From IMG/VR virus record IMGVR_UViG_2974578326_000001, positions 26,711 through 90,710 of that record: a stretch of DNA of 64,000 bases. One strand, written 5' to 3'. Shown in pieces: positions 1-8,809 of this stretch; the first letter of the stretch is position 1; every line of letters begins with the position of its first letter. The notes under the pieces were generated by a model, which was not told the origin of the DNA, searched no databases, and saw only the letters and a program-made list of their open reading frames with translations. A program made the position numbers and the translations under genes. Source of the DNA: a virus. Its lineage: Duplodnaviria > Heunggongvirae > Uroviricota > Caudoviricetes.

Positions 1-131
1 TTATCCTCTTTACAGTGGAATCTTGCATTAGATAACTTAGTTTCATGTAGATTTTTCTCTAGCATTGAATCATATGGTGTACCTTTTAAAATATTTTCTT
101 TCTTTTTAAAATACCTCTTCTTAAAAGCCAC
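1..131 (-). CDS. partial ORF running off the window start (basic protein), GTG start
   Basis: AAGGAG Shine-Dalgarno 7 nt upstream of GTG at 131; open to position 1 without stop. Confidence 0.25.
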   Translation of the reverse strand, partial: MAFKKRYFKKKENILKGTPYDSMLEKNLHETKLSNARFHCKED

Positions 132-149
132 TTTGTTCTCCTTATAAAC

Positions 150-173
150 TAAAAAACCCCGCACTAGGCGAGG
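150..173 (-). terminator. rho-independent terminator (minus strand)
   Basis: hairpin CCTCGC/GCGGGG at 157-173 followed on minus strand by T6 (rc of a151-156). Confidence 0.4.
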
Positions 174-182
174 TTAATCTTG

Positions 183-383
183 TTATTCTTTCAATCCACA
201 CCAAGGGTTGTTTTTGAAATTGAATTGTTTATTTTTAATTTTCCTTTCTTTATTAGACTCTGACTTACGGAACCATTTAGACTCTGTGTCATATTCGTCA
301 TACTCTGAGAAAAGTGTATTTTCAACTTCATCTAAATCATATTGTAAAGCATCATCAAAAATTGGATAATCTTTAGTATTCAT
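183..383 (-). CDS. hypothetical small acidic protein
   Basis: 66-aa ORF, acidic, no recognisable motif. Confidence 0.35.
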   Translation of the reverse strand: MNTKDYPIFDDALQYDLDEVENTLFSEYDEYDTESKWFRKSESNKERKIKNKQFNFKNNPWCGLKE

Positions 384-515
384 AAATCTTTTCCTTTAAA
401 AATAGGATAAATAACAGGGTATCTACATATATTAGTATTTATAATTTATTTTACTTACAGTGTAGAATTAAATAGAAAAAGTGTAAGGTTTTACAAAAGT
501 AAGAGTATTATTACC

Positions 516-548
516 CTTATATTATGTGCAATAATTATTTGTAGTTTT
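516..548 (-). promoter_or_regulatory. copy 1 of conserved ~33-bp promoter/operator-like motif containing palindrome ATTATGTGCAATAAT
   Basis: near-identical to 10714-10748, 52212-52234 and reverse-complement at 61237-61273. Confidence 0.45.
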
Positions 549-566
549 TTCATACAAATTGTATAA

Positions 567-1112
567 TTATTCATCATTTCCTAAGTTCATCATAACATTT
601 CTATCAATTGTTGTGAACTTTGTTGGTTCTTCATTATGAGAAAATATAAGAAACATACTACCTTTATTATTACCATTAACAGGAACCTGAGTGTCTGCTC
701 TAACAAATGATATCCTTCCTCCGGTAACAAACATAACTTCAGAGACGTTTAATTCCAAAGCTCTATTAAACCAACCCACTGAGGTGTCGGCAGGAACTAG
801 CATCACAGTAGTTACACCTTTAGTAGATTCCGCATGGGCTTTCTCAATCCAAGGTCTTATGTCAGAGTATGGAGGGTTTAACCATACAGATTCTTCATTA
901 ACGTTTATCTCAGAAGACCAATCTTGCTCTAAAGAGTTATCGTTTACAGTGAAATATCGTGAACATAGGTGATTTAAGTTACTTGCTGCTGCATCTAGTG
1001 TAAAATTATAACCTAATTCATATTTCATGTAATTAAAAATTGATCTTGGTGTCTGCCATAAATCTCTTATGTTTACAGGTGTTGTACTTTCATATAAATA
1101 ATCTTGTGACAT
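567..1112 (-). CDS. phage-type DNA N6-adenine methyltransferase (Dam-like)
   Basis: 181 aa with catalytic NPPY motif (WLNPPYS), size typical of short phage Dam family. Confidence 0.6.
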   Translation of the reverse strand: MSQDYLYESTTPVNIRDLWQTPRSIFNYMKYELGYNFTLDAAASNLNHLCSRYFTVNDNSLEQDWSSEINVNEESVWLNPPYSDIRPWIEKAHAESTKGVTTVMLVPADTSVGWFNRALELNVSEVMFVTGGRISFVRADTQVPVNGNNKGSMFLIFSHNEEPTKFTTIDRNVMMNLGNDE

Positions 1113-1120
1113 AAATATCC

Positions 1121-1291
1121 TTAGAACGGTAAGTCTTTAATTTCTTTATCAATTTCTGGTTTATACTTCTTAATTAAAGCATCACCACAATCTTTACAGA
1201 AGTTAAAACCCTCAGTCAGAGGGTCTTTTATTAAGAAAATTTTTTCACATACTTTACATTGACATTCATAGCCATCTTTAACCTTTTTCAC
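1121..1291 (-). CDS. putative small zinc-ribbon protein (GTG start, 56 aa), not in ORF track
   Basis: CQCKVC ... CKDC spacing typical of Zn ribbon; AAGGGG SD 7 nt upstream of GTG; fills gap between dam and next gene. Confidence 0.3.
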   Translation of the reverse strand: MKKVKDGYECQCKVCEKIFLIKDPLTEGFNFCKDCGDALIKKYKPEIDKEIKDLPF

Positions 1292-1559
1292 CGAATAACC
1301 CCTTAATCATTTGTTCAAATTCTTCACCTTTTTCGTACACCTGTTCAGCTTCAATCATTGCATAGTGTACAACTTTAAGTAGATCTTGAAGTCCATTTTT
1401 AGTTTTGTGCCTAAAGGAATATTTTATCATATTCATCTGGTTCCAGTCAAGTTGTGGGTTCTTATGAAAAAATTCAATTGGTTGAATACCATCAACTTTG
1501 TAATGACTTCCACCAACCATAGTATTTAGTGCTGTTCTTTTCTCACCTGACATAATCAT
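1278..1559 (-). CDS. hypothetical protein with GGSHY motif (reminiscent of phage DUF3310-type proteins)
   Basis: 93 aa; motif MVGGSHYKV. Confidence 0.35.
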   Translation of the reverse strand: MIMSGEKRTALNTMVGGSHYKVDGIQPIEFFHKNPQLDWNQMNMIKYSFRHKTKNGLQDLLKVVHYAMIEAEQVYEKGEEFEQMIKGLFGEKG

Positions 1560-1614
1560 CTCCTGCTTGCTGCATAAAATAAATAAAGTATTAAGAATAA
1601 TAAGATTAAGGATA

Positions 1615-2016
1615 TCATATTTTTACCCTCTTATAAACCATTTCATAATTAAAAGGTTTTGTTTCCCTGGTTATGCAAATAAAAGGTATTTTCAATTCTT
1701 TAGCCACTTGGTATAGCCATTTATAGCCACCAAACAGCCTAGAATCACCTGTAGACAGTGCTACAAGGACAGATAGACAATCACCCACGTGCATATCAAA
1801 CTCTCTATGAAATGCCATAGAAGCTGTTATTTTCCCATCCTCTGTTACAACATACTCCCACCTGTCTGTGTAAACAATTGTTCCACATAAATTAAAGAAA
1901 TACTCGTCAAAGTTTCTATGTTGGAATATTTTACAGGAGTCATATACAACTTTTGCAAAATCTTTGTCAAATCCATGAGTTGGTTCACCTTTTCTGCATA
2001 AATATTTTCTAATCAT
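1615..2016 (-). CDS. hypothetical protein
   Basis: 133-aa ORF tightly packed in operon. Confidence 0.4.
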   Translation of the reverse strand: MIRKYLCRKGEPTHGFDKDFAKVVYDSCKIFQHRNFDEYFFNLCGTIVYTDRWEYVVTEDGKITASMAFHREFDMHVGDCLSVLVALSTGDSRLFGGYKWLYQVAKELKIPFICITRETKPFNYEMVYKRVKI

Positions 2017-2261
2017 AGAGGTAATATGCCTCCATAAGTGTATGAAGGTACAACTGTAATACAGTCAGTGAATTTCTTTTCAAACAAACTTCTATTCATT
2101 GCCCATTTTGTACCAACAGGGTGTCCATCGTAAGACACCTCTAGGTTTATATAAATAATTAAGTCAATGGTACAATCATTACCCATCTTAGCAAAATCAA
2201 TAACTTGGACTAATGTCTTTCTATTTATTGACCTAAACTTACTGTTTATTGAGATTTCCAT
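2013..2261 (-). CDS. hypothetical protein
   Basis: 82-aa ORF, start overlaps nrdD end. Confidence 0.35.
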   Translation of the reverse strand: MEISINSKFRSINRKTLVQVIDFAKMGNDCTIDLIIYINLEVSYDGHPVGTKWAMNRSLFEKKFTDCITVVPSYTYGGILPL

Positions 2262-4083
2262 GTTTAACTCTTCCCATTACTTCATTCTGTTTACCTGGAT
2301 TGAAAGGTCTAGTTCCTGGGTTTCCTAGATATCCACAAACCCTTCTAGTAACCTCTAAGGAGTTTGGATCTGTGTTACCACAATGAGGACATTTAAAACC
2401 ATCTTCTGTTGCCAGAGACTCTCCCATGTAACCACATGCACTACATGTATCAATAGGTGTGTTTATACCAAAATAATGAACTTTAGAGTGTGCGTAATCA
2501 ATTACATATTCTAAGGCTTTTGGAAACTTCTTCATATCTGGCAGTTCTACGTATGAAATACAACCACCACTGGCAATTGGAGTAAAATTACTCTCATAGT
2601 CGAACTTAACATCTGGTGATACTTTACGATCCACACTTAGATGATGACTGTTTGTATAATAACCCTTCTCAAACAACCAACCAAATTTCTCTCCGAACTT
2701 TTCCTTATCTATTCTGTTAAATCTATCACAAAGTGATTCTGAAGGTGTTGCATAGAGACTAAAACCAATCCCAGTTTCTGATTTCTTCTTGTCTATTTCA
2801 TTTTTCATGAAGTTCAATACATCTTTTACGAAATCAATACAAACTTTATCCATTGTATCAACATCTTTACCAAACCAAGCTTGTAGCATTTCATGACAAC
2901 CAATATAACCCACTGATATTGAAGATCTGTTAATAAAATGATCAAATACATATTCTTCAGGTTTTAATCTTAGACCAAAAGCACCATGCATATATAAGAT
3001 TGGTGCTGATTTTGCTTGCACTTGTTTTAAGTGCTCTATACGCCAATCTAAAGCCTTGAATGAAATATCAATACGTTCCTTCAATATATTAAAGAATTCA
3101 TCTCTACTGTTAGCTTCCATAGCTATTCTTGGGAGATTAATACTAACAACACCTAAATTGTTTCTACCAGAAGTTTCACCACTGTCAATTGCTGATAAGA
3201 ATGATCTACAACCCATAGACACCTTATAATCACCAGTGACCTTAACAACCTCTTCATACGATATATAATCTGGATAAATTCTCTCAGATGTACATTTCAT
3301 AGCTAATTGTTTTATGTCATAATTAGGATCATCTGGTTTCAGGTTTAAACCTTCTTTTAATACAAATACAAGTTTTGGGAAAATAGCTGTTCTCCGACTT
3401 GCACCTAGACCTTTCATTCTAACTTCTAATATTGATTTCTGTACTAATCTAGACTCCCAAGAATCGCCAAGACCAAAACCAAAAGTAACAAAAGGAGATT
3501 GACCATTTGAATTAAAAAGTGTATTAACCTCGTACTCAAGACTTTGCATCGCATCATAGACCGCCTTTTCCGTCAACTGTGTGGCAACTACAGCAGCTTT
3601 AGCTTCATTGTTATCTAGCACACGCTTTAATAGAGAAAACCATTTGTCGTACGTTTTACGAACATATGGAGCAAGTACTTCATCTAATCTATCAATAGAT
3701 GTACCACCATATTGATGACTAGATACTTGTGCTATAATTTGGGCAGTTACAGCAACTGCTGTACTTACTGATTTTGGTGTCTCAATCTCTGCATTACCGA
3801 TAACTGTTCCATTATCTAACATACCTTTTAAATCAACTAGGCAACAATTAGTAAAACCTTGAGCGGAATAATCCGTGTCATGGAAATGAATAGCACCACT
3901 ATTATGTGCTTCCCATATATCTTTTGGTAATAAATCTTTTAAAAGAAGTTTTGAAACTTCTCCAGCCATCATATCCCTTTGTGTTGGAAACCTTTCTGAT
4001 GGTTTATTGGCATTATTATGTAATAATGTTTTATCTGCACTTCCATTTAAAATCCCTTTAATTTTATTTAAGAATTCTTCCAT
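2239..4083 (-). CDS. nrdD: anaerobic ribonucleoside-triphosphate reductase (class III RNR), T4-like, no ATP-cone
   Basis: 614 aa; N-terminus collinear with T4 NrdD (NANK..RFPTQRDMMAG); C-terminal CxxC..CxxC zinc site and glycyl-radical motif RVCGYLG. Confidence 0.9.
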   Translation of the reverse strand: MEEFLNKIKGILNGSADKTLLHNNANKPSERFPTQRDMMAGEVSKLLLKDLLPKDIWEAHNSGAIHFHDTDYSAQGFTNCCLVDLKGMLDNGTVIGNAEIETPKSVSTAVAVTAQIIAQVSSHQYGGTSIDRLDEVLAPYVRKTYDKWFSLLKRVLDNNEAKAAVVATQLTEKAVYDAMQSLEYEVNTLFNSNGQSPFVTFGFGLGDSWESRLVQKSILEVRMKGLGASRRTAIFPKLVFVLKEGLNLKPDDPNYDIKQLAMKCTSERIYPDYISYEEVVKVTGDYKVSMGCRSFLSAIDSGETSGRNNLGVVSINLPRIAMEANSRDEFFNILKERIDISFKALDWRIEHLKQVQAKSAPILYMHGAFGLRLKPEEYVFDHFINRSSISVGYIGCHEMLQAWFGKDVDTMDKVCIDFVKDVLNFMKNEIDKKKSETGIGFSLYATPSESLCDRFNRIDKEKFGEKFGWLFEKGYYTNSHHLSVDRKVSPDVKFDYESNFTPIASGGCISYVELPDMKKFPKALEYVIDYAHSKVHYFGINTPIDTCSACGYMGESLATEDGFKCPHCGNTDPNSLEVTRRVCGYLGNPGTRPFNPGKQNEVMGRVKHGNLNKQ

Positions 4084-4097
4084 GATTTCCTCTTTAA

Positions 4098-4502
4098 TTA
4101 AAGATAAGTTGAGTCAATATCAATATTTGTTTTTGTAGAATCTTCTTTTATGGTCACTAAGATTACGGGGATCTCATTCCTGACTAGGTAATTATACATA
4201 TGAAGACTTCCTTTAGAAACACCATCCCATAGTATTACACCCATATCAGCGTATTTACCCATCTCTGCATTCCTAATATAACCAGCACTTTTACCATATT
4301 GATCCCAGTCTGGTTTAAATACAGTTAATTTGATTTCATTCTCTTCTGCTAAAAGTTCTCCAAATCTATCTGCACCCCTAGCATTTCCTGATACAATTTC
4401 TGTTGTATTTTTAAGTATATTGTGATCTTTGTTTACAAGATTAAACATTTTACTAAGTTGTGAGAATTTTAAATCTCTGCTTCCTGCAATGATAACTTTC
4501 AT
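4098..4502 (-). CDS. SLOG-superfamily (DUF2493/YpsA-like) nucleotide-binding protein
   Basis: IIAGSRD ... SGNARGAD Rossmann-like motifs as in DprA/LOG/DUF2493. Confidence 0.4.
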   Translation of the reverse strand: MKVIIAGSRDLKFSQLSKMFNLVNKDHNILKNTTEIVSGNARGADRFGELLAEENEIKLTVFKPDWDQYGKSAGYIRNAEMGKYADMGVILWDGVSKGSLHMYNYLVRNEIPVILVTIKEDSTKTNIDIDSTYL

Positions 4503-5125
4503 TATTTATTTCTCCATTCAAACCAACCAATAAAACTATTGACTAAGAATACAACACGCATAACTGCTATAGCTAATACTTCAGGAACTAGTGATGCAGC
4601 TGTAAACCACATAATAACTTCTATAGTATTGCATGGTATCCAGTAGTACCACTGTTTCTTTGTATCAGACATTAATAACAGAGTTGATGTTATTATTAAT
4701 GCACCACTAAGAACATCATGAACAGGCATTGTAGATCCAGTATAAAGCATTATATTTGTATATATTATAGCTAAAGTCGAGAATATTACTAAATGATATT
4801 TGTTTATGTTATTAGTTATTGTTTTCCCAATTAGATCCTTACCCTTCCATTGAAAATAAGCTATAATTTGCAATGGTGCGAGTATAAAAGTATTCACTAT
4901 CATATTTATTATGAAACCAGCTTCATAAGACATATACCCTAGTAGAACACACAGTATAAAACCTAATAGGTTACAAGCTGGAATCCTAAAAGCAACACCA
5001 ATAACAAATAGTACTCCAACTAATGAGGTTATTGTTGTTAATAGACTCGCACCTGAGACAACGCATGCCCCTAATATAAGAGAAGGGGCAACAAAGCCCC
5101 AAACTGATTTTAAATGTTTTACCAT
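4502..5125 (-). CDS. PnuC-like nicotinamide riboside transporter (membrane protein)
   Basis: 7 predicted TM segments; conserved Trp/Asn motifs (AYFQWKG, KQWYYWIPCNTIEV, IGWFEW) resembling PnuC; start moved to MVKHLK to avoid overlap. Confidence 0.45.
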   Translation of the reverse strand: MVKHLKSVWGFVAPSLILGACVVSGASLLTTITSLVGVLFVIGVAFRIPACNLLGFILCVLLGYMSYEAGFIINMIVNTFILAPLQIIAYFQWKGKDLIGKTITNNINKYHLVIFSTLAIIYTNIMLYTGSTMPVHDVLSGALIITSTLLLMSDTKKQWYYWIPCNTIEVIMWFTAASLVPEVLAIAVMRVVFLVNSFIGWFEWRNK

Positions 5126-5138
5126 ATAACTCCTTGGA

Positions 5139-5699
5139 TTAGAAAGGTTCTGCCGTACCAATAGCTTCACGTAAGTCTTCTTGTTCAGTGAAACCTTTTC
5201 CATTAGTTAATTGTAAAACAGTTCCATATACATACTGATTAATACCTAATGAGCGCCTATCTTCTGACTCTGTGATGCCTTTAACACGTCGAATGTCACC
5301 GTAGTGTGCGATCACTTCTTTATCTAGTATTTTATCTGTCAATTTCTTAATAATTCTTAACTTATGGTCACTATCAATGTCATCATCTTTTAAAACTACA
5401 TCAATTAATAATGACAAATCTTTCATACCTTTAATCTGCCCAAGCTCAACATGTGTACCAAGAGCTTCTGGTAATGGTTCAATAAGAATTGTATCAGCCC
5501 ACATAATTGCATCAGTGTCATGTTTAACAATACGTTCCGCTAAACCCTCCTGTACCGCATTCTTTTTATCATTAATCTCTTTATTATCCATAGGGTTGTA
5601 TAATTCATGTCCAAGTTGGTGAATCATTTCTTTTTCTTGATTTCTCTGTAATTGTGACCCAACTGTTAAACAATGTCCTGCAATGTAAACTTTTTTCAT
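5139..5699 (-). CDS. nucleoside 2-deoxyribosyltransferase-like (SLOG/Rossmann) protein
   Basis: N-terminal KVYIAGH glycine-rich strand and downstream acidic residues as in NDT/Rcl family. Confidence 0.4.
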   Translation of the reverse strand: MKKVYIAGHCLTVGSQLQRNQEKEMIHQLGHELYNPMDNKEINDKKNAVQEGLAERIVKHDTDAIMWADTILIEPLPEALGTHVELGQIKGMKDLSLLIDVVLKDDDIDSDHKLRIIKKLTDKILDKEVIAHYGDIRRVKGITESEDRRSLGINQYVYGTVLQLTNGKGFTEQEDLREAIGTAEPF

Positions 5700-5983
5700 T
5701 ATTTATTCCTTAAACTATCCAGTGAAAAGGTTGTATTATCGATAATAATATCACTAATATCGAGTGGAGAATGTTTAGTATACTTAGTATCACCTCTTCC
5801 ATAATATTTTGCTCCTGGGCACACATGAAGCCCTTTTATACCACAAACAGGACAAGATCCTTCTTGGATTTTATTCATCCTAATTAAGTGTTTTAGTCTA
5901 GAAATAACAAAATCAGGAACAACATCTCGATCCATGTTTTCTGATGTTTTGACTATTCGATCTAACTCTTCGTAGATACCCAT
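5699..5983 (-). CDS. hypothetical Cys-containing protein
   Basis: 94 aa; CPVCG ... CPG. Confidence 0.35.
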   Translation of the reverse strand: MGIYEELDRIVKTSENMDRDVVPDFVISRLKHLIRMNKIQEGSCPVCGIKGLHVCPGAKYYGRGDTKYTKHSPLDISDIIIDNTTFSLDSLRNK

Positions 5984-6183
5984 TATTTCCCCTTAAAAAT
6001 CTTTTTAATTCTTTTATAAATAACAAAAGACCAGAATAAAGGCCAAGATAAACTAATAATAGCAGAACCAAGAACAATTTCGTTCCATGGGTATTTTTTA
6101 AATGTTTTCTCATTTCTCTCAATATAAAATGCAATAGAGAGCATAAATGCTGTAAGTAAACAAAAACTAAAATAAATAATCAT
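5983..6183 (-). CDS. small membrane protein
   Basis: 66 aa with two hydrophobic helices. Confidence 0.35.
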   Translation of the reverse strand: MIIYFSFCLLTAFMLSIAFYIERNEKTFKKYPWNEIVLGSAIISLSWPLFWSFVIYKRIKKIFKGK

Positions 6184-7337
6184 TCTGTTGGTTCTCCATT
6201 TTTATCACAAGTACGAACATACAATCCTACAGGAAACTGAGGCAACCCTTCTTCGGTTAATGTTTGATATGAATATGTAATCCATTTACCAATCAATTCT
6301 TTTTGATTATCAACTAACCTCTCTTCATGGGTTCCTTTCATCTTACATTTAAAAATCTTCTTAGAATCAGGCATTTCACATGATAATACACCTTCTCCAT
6401 TCTTATCTTCAGAGACACTTAAAACTAACGCTTCAGCATCTTTCATTAGTTTCCATTTCTGTAAGTCTGGTGATCTGTTGTTAAAAGTATATAAACCATC
6501 TATATTTCTGAGTATAAGTCCTTCATATCCCTTTTTAATAAAAGTATCTAATAAGAATGAAGCACTTTCTTTATCATTCACAAGAATATTGTCAACAACT
6601 TGAATTGATCCAAGTCTTTTACAACTATCCTGTACTTTCTTTAACATGTTACTAAATCTTTGTTCCCATTTAACACCTTCCACTGGTATATCAAATATAT
6701 GGAATTCTAATGAAATAGTATCTTGATTATGTTTTTTAACACATGATATGATATTTTGTAAAGGCATACCATGAATGTACAATTCACCATCAAATTTATC
6801 AATGTTTGTTTTAATATACAACTCAACTAAATCTCTTTTTATATGGTCTGGGCATTCATAATCCTTACCACCACGACTAGTTAGTTTTACTGTATACTCT
6901 TTATCAACCAAGTGAATACTTGCAATACAACGAACACCATCAAGCTTAGTGCTAACATAACATGGAAATTTAATCCTATGTTCGTTTTGTAGAAAGTTTT
7001 GAGCAAGCATAGGTAGTAATTGACCGACTTCCTTTGCTTCTTCTTTAGTCCAACGATAGCATTTATCGATTTGTTTATTGATCTTACTCTCTGCCTCAAG
7101 CAAAGCCTGCTCTTCTGGGGTTGTTTCATTAGATTTACCTATATTTTTAGGCTTACATATGGTATCCTTGTAAACCATTTTACCACCTAATCTACCATGC
7201 CCTACAGTAATAGTATCACCATTTACAGAAATTGTCCAGTGTTTAAAATTACCATTCTTATCGAGTGAGAAAAGTTCTTTGAACATTAAGATATCCTTAT
7301 ATCTATTTAAGGTAAAATAAAAGGCGTAGAAATCCAC
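6180..7337 (-). CDS. ATP-dependent DNA ligase
   Basis: 385 aa; adenylation motif I KLDG (YVSTKLDGVRC); size and layout like T7 gp1.3. Confidence 0.85.
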   Translation of the reverse strand: MDFYAFYFTLNRYKDILMFKELFSLDKNGNFKHWTISVNGDTITVGHGRLGGKMVYKDTICKPKNIGKSNETTPEEQALLEAESKINKQIDKCYRWTKEEAKEVGQLLPMLAQNFLQNEHRIKFPCYVSTKLDGVRCIASIHLVDKEYTVKLTSRGGKDYECPDHIKRDLVELYIKTNIDKFDGELYIHGMPLQNIISCVKKHNQDTISLEFHIFDIPVEGVKWEQRFSNMLKKVQDSCKRLGSIQVVDNILVNDKESASFLLDTFIKKGYEGLILRNIDGLYTFNNRSPDLQKWKLMKDAEALVLSVSEDKNGEGVLSCEMPDSKKIFKCKMKGTHEERLVDNQKELIGKWITYSYQTLTEEGLPQFPVGLYVRTCDKNGEPTE

Positions 7338-7351
7338 GCCCTTTTAGATAA

Positions 7352-7783
7352 TTAGTTAAATGCTTTATTCTTCATCATATATGCAATAACATTTGCAATT
7401 TGTTCAACAGACGGTTCATCTTTATCTTCACCAACTTGATAATCTGTCATTGGTTCGTCAATGTCACTTTCTGGGACGATTTCTTTTTCCATATCCAAGT
7501 CTGTGATATCTTCAATGTCACTTTCATCAATTTCATTAAAAGTGTCAGGTTGAACAATTGTTTGGATCTCAGATCCAGATGCTTTGATAGCACTGTTGAA
7601 ATCAATTAAAGGAACCAGTTCTACATCACCCGAAGCAAGGAATAGGTGTACAGATTCCGGTGTTTGGTTCCGAGCAACTTCCACTTTGGTAATCTGGTTT
7701 AGATTCATTAGGAAGGATTCGTTTGTTCCCGTACGTGTCATTTCGAATAGTTTGATCATTGTTTGATTCCTTATTAACTTCAT
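7352..7783 (-). CDS. hypothetical highly acidic protein
   Basis: 143 aa, D/E-rich C-terminal half; overlaps FEN ORF by 158 nt. Confidence 0.35.
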   Translation of the reverse strand: MKLIRNQTMIKLFEMTRTGTNESFLMNLNQITKVEVARNQTPESVHLFLASGDVELVPLIDFNSAIKASGSEIQTIVQPDTFNEIDESDIEDITDLDMEKEIVPESDIDEPMTDYQVGEDKDEPSVEQIANVIAYMMKNKAFN

Positions 7784-8582
7784 AATTTATCCAATCCCAA
7801 GAAAATAAATCATCTTCATACTGTCCAATATAAAGAAGCCTAGCATTTTCCAGCATTATATCTTCATAGGATTCATTGTCTTCATTAAATCTCTTTTTAT
7901 ATTCTTCTTCAACTACGTTGAACATGTCTTTGACTGTTTCACAGCTCTCTAAAAGTTTTATGGCAGTCTTCTCGCCAATTCCTTTTCTTCGTAGTTGTAA
8001 CTTACCACCCCACATGACTTCTTCTCTTTTACCACAACCTAGTATATTATCAGTATTATCACCTGTTAACATTTGTTGGAAGAAGAATCTACGAGCCTCA
8101 TACTCGCTTATCCAGTGTGGCATCTGTTTGGGTTGTCTTTCACCACAAGCAAATCTATAGTGCCAACCCATAACAGTTTTTAAATCTTTATCTCTAGAAC
8201 AGATTACGGTGTTTTCCATATCCGCTCTTTGTTCTATACCCATCCAATCATCAGCTTCAGCACCAACTACAACAATACTTGGGTATTTTCTCATTATATA
8301 ATCACCAACCGTATTGTAATGGTATGGTTTTTCAACAGAATCCCTGTTCCCTTTATAAGGAGCTTGTTTAGCTATATTGAATCGGAAATTACCATTACCA
8401 GTGAAACCACACACAAATTCATCTGATTTAGTATCCCTGAGAATTTCATCTATAAGATCATCAACCAATATGTGTATTTCTTCAACTGGAGCTGGTATAA
8501 ATTCCTTTTCCAAAAAGGGATGTCTTATTTGAACTGATCCAATCTGATAACGTAGAATATCTGCGTCAATAAGAGCTTTCAT
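7626..8582 (-). CDS. 5'-3' exonuclease / flap endonuclease (T7 gp6 / T4 RNase H class)
   Basis: N-terminal acidic PIN-like site (LIDADIL), helix-3-turn-helix GIGEKTAIKLL. Confidence 0.8.
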   Translation of the reverse strand: MKALIDADILRYQIGSVQIRHPFLEKEFIPAPVEEIHILVDDLIDEILRDTKSDEFVCGFTGNGNFRFNIAKQAPYKGNRDSVEKPYHYNTVGDYIMRKYPSIVVVGAEADDWMGIEQRADMENTVICSRDKDLKTVMGWHYRFACGERQPKQMPHWISEYEARRFFFQQMLTGDNTDNILGCGKREEVMWGGKLQLRRKGIGEKTAIKLLESCETVKDMFNVVEEEYKKRFNEDNESYEDIMLENARLLYIGQYEDDLFSWDWINYEVNKESNNDQTIRNDTYGNKRILPNESKPDYQSGSCSEPNTGICTPIPCFG

Positions 8583-8584
8583 TA

Positions 8585-8809
8585 TTAATCCTTTTTGAAC
8601 AATCCATCTTCTTCCATTTTACTTACAATACTTTCAAAGGCCTCAAAACTAGTTACTGCCTCTGATAGTCGAGAAGTTCGATGTTCAACAAAATCCCTTT
8701 CTTTATTTATTACTAAATACTCTTGTGAATATTTAGGTAATACAACTTTATATAGTTTACCATCTGTAATAATTTCCATATCATTACTCCGCATCAAAAG
8801 ATATATCAT
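8585..8809 (-). CDS. hypothetical protein
   Basis: 74-aa ORF. Confidence 0.35.
   Translation of the reverse strand: MIYLLMRSNDMEIITDGKLYKVVLPKYSQEYLVINKERDFVEHRTSRLSEAVTSFEAFESIVSKMEEDGLFKKD

Noticed and set aside
691-972. 93-aa plus-strand ORF inside the dam gene
   Set aside because: Antisense to a well-supported minus-strand gene with a recognisable NPPY motif; the peptide is Ser/Thr-rich and low-complexity, typical of a spurious frame.
1205-1225. Hairpin CCCTC-AGTCA-GAGGG plus T-run as terminator of ORF 1278-1559
   Set aside because: It lies inside the reading frame of the candidate zinc-ribbon ORF (encoding DPLTEG); it cannot be called without knowing whether that ORF is real, so it was left ambiguous.
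1615-2261. NrdG radical-SAM activase immediately downstream of nrdD (as in T4)
   Set aside because: Neither small ORF contains the CxxxCxxC cluster; the activase must lie outside this window or be absent.
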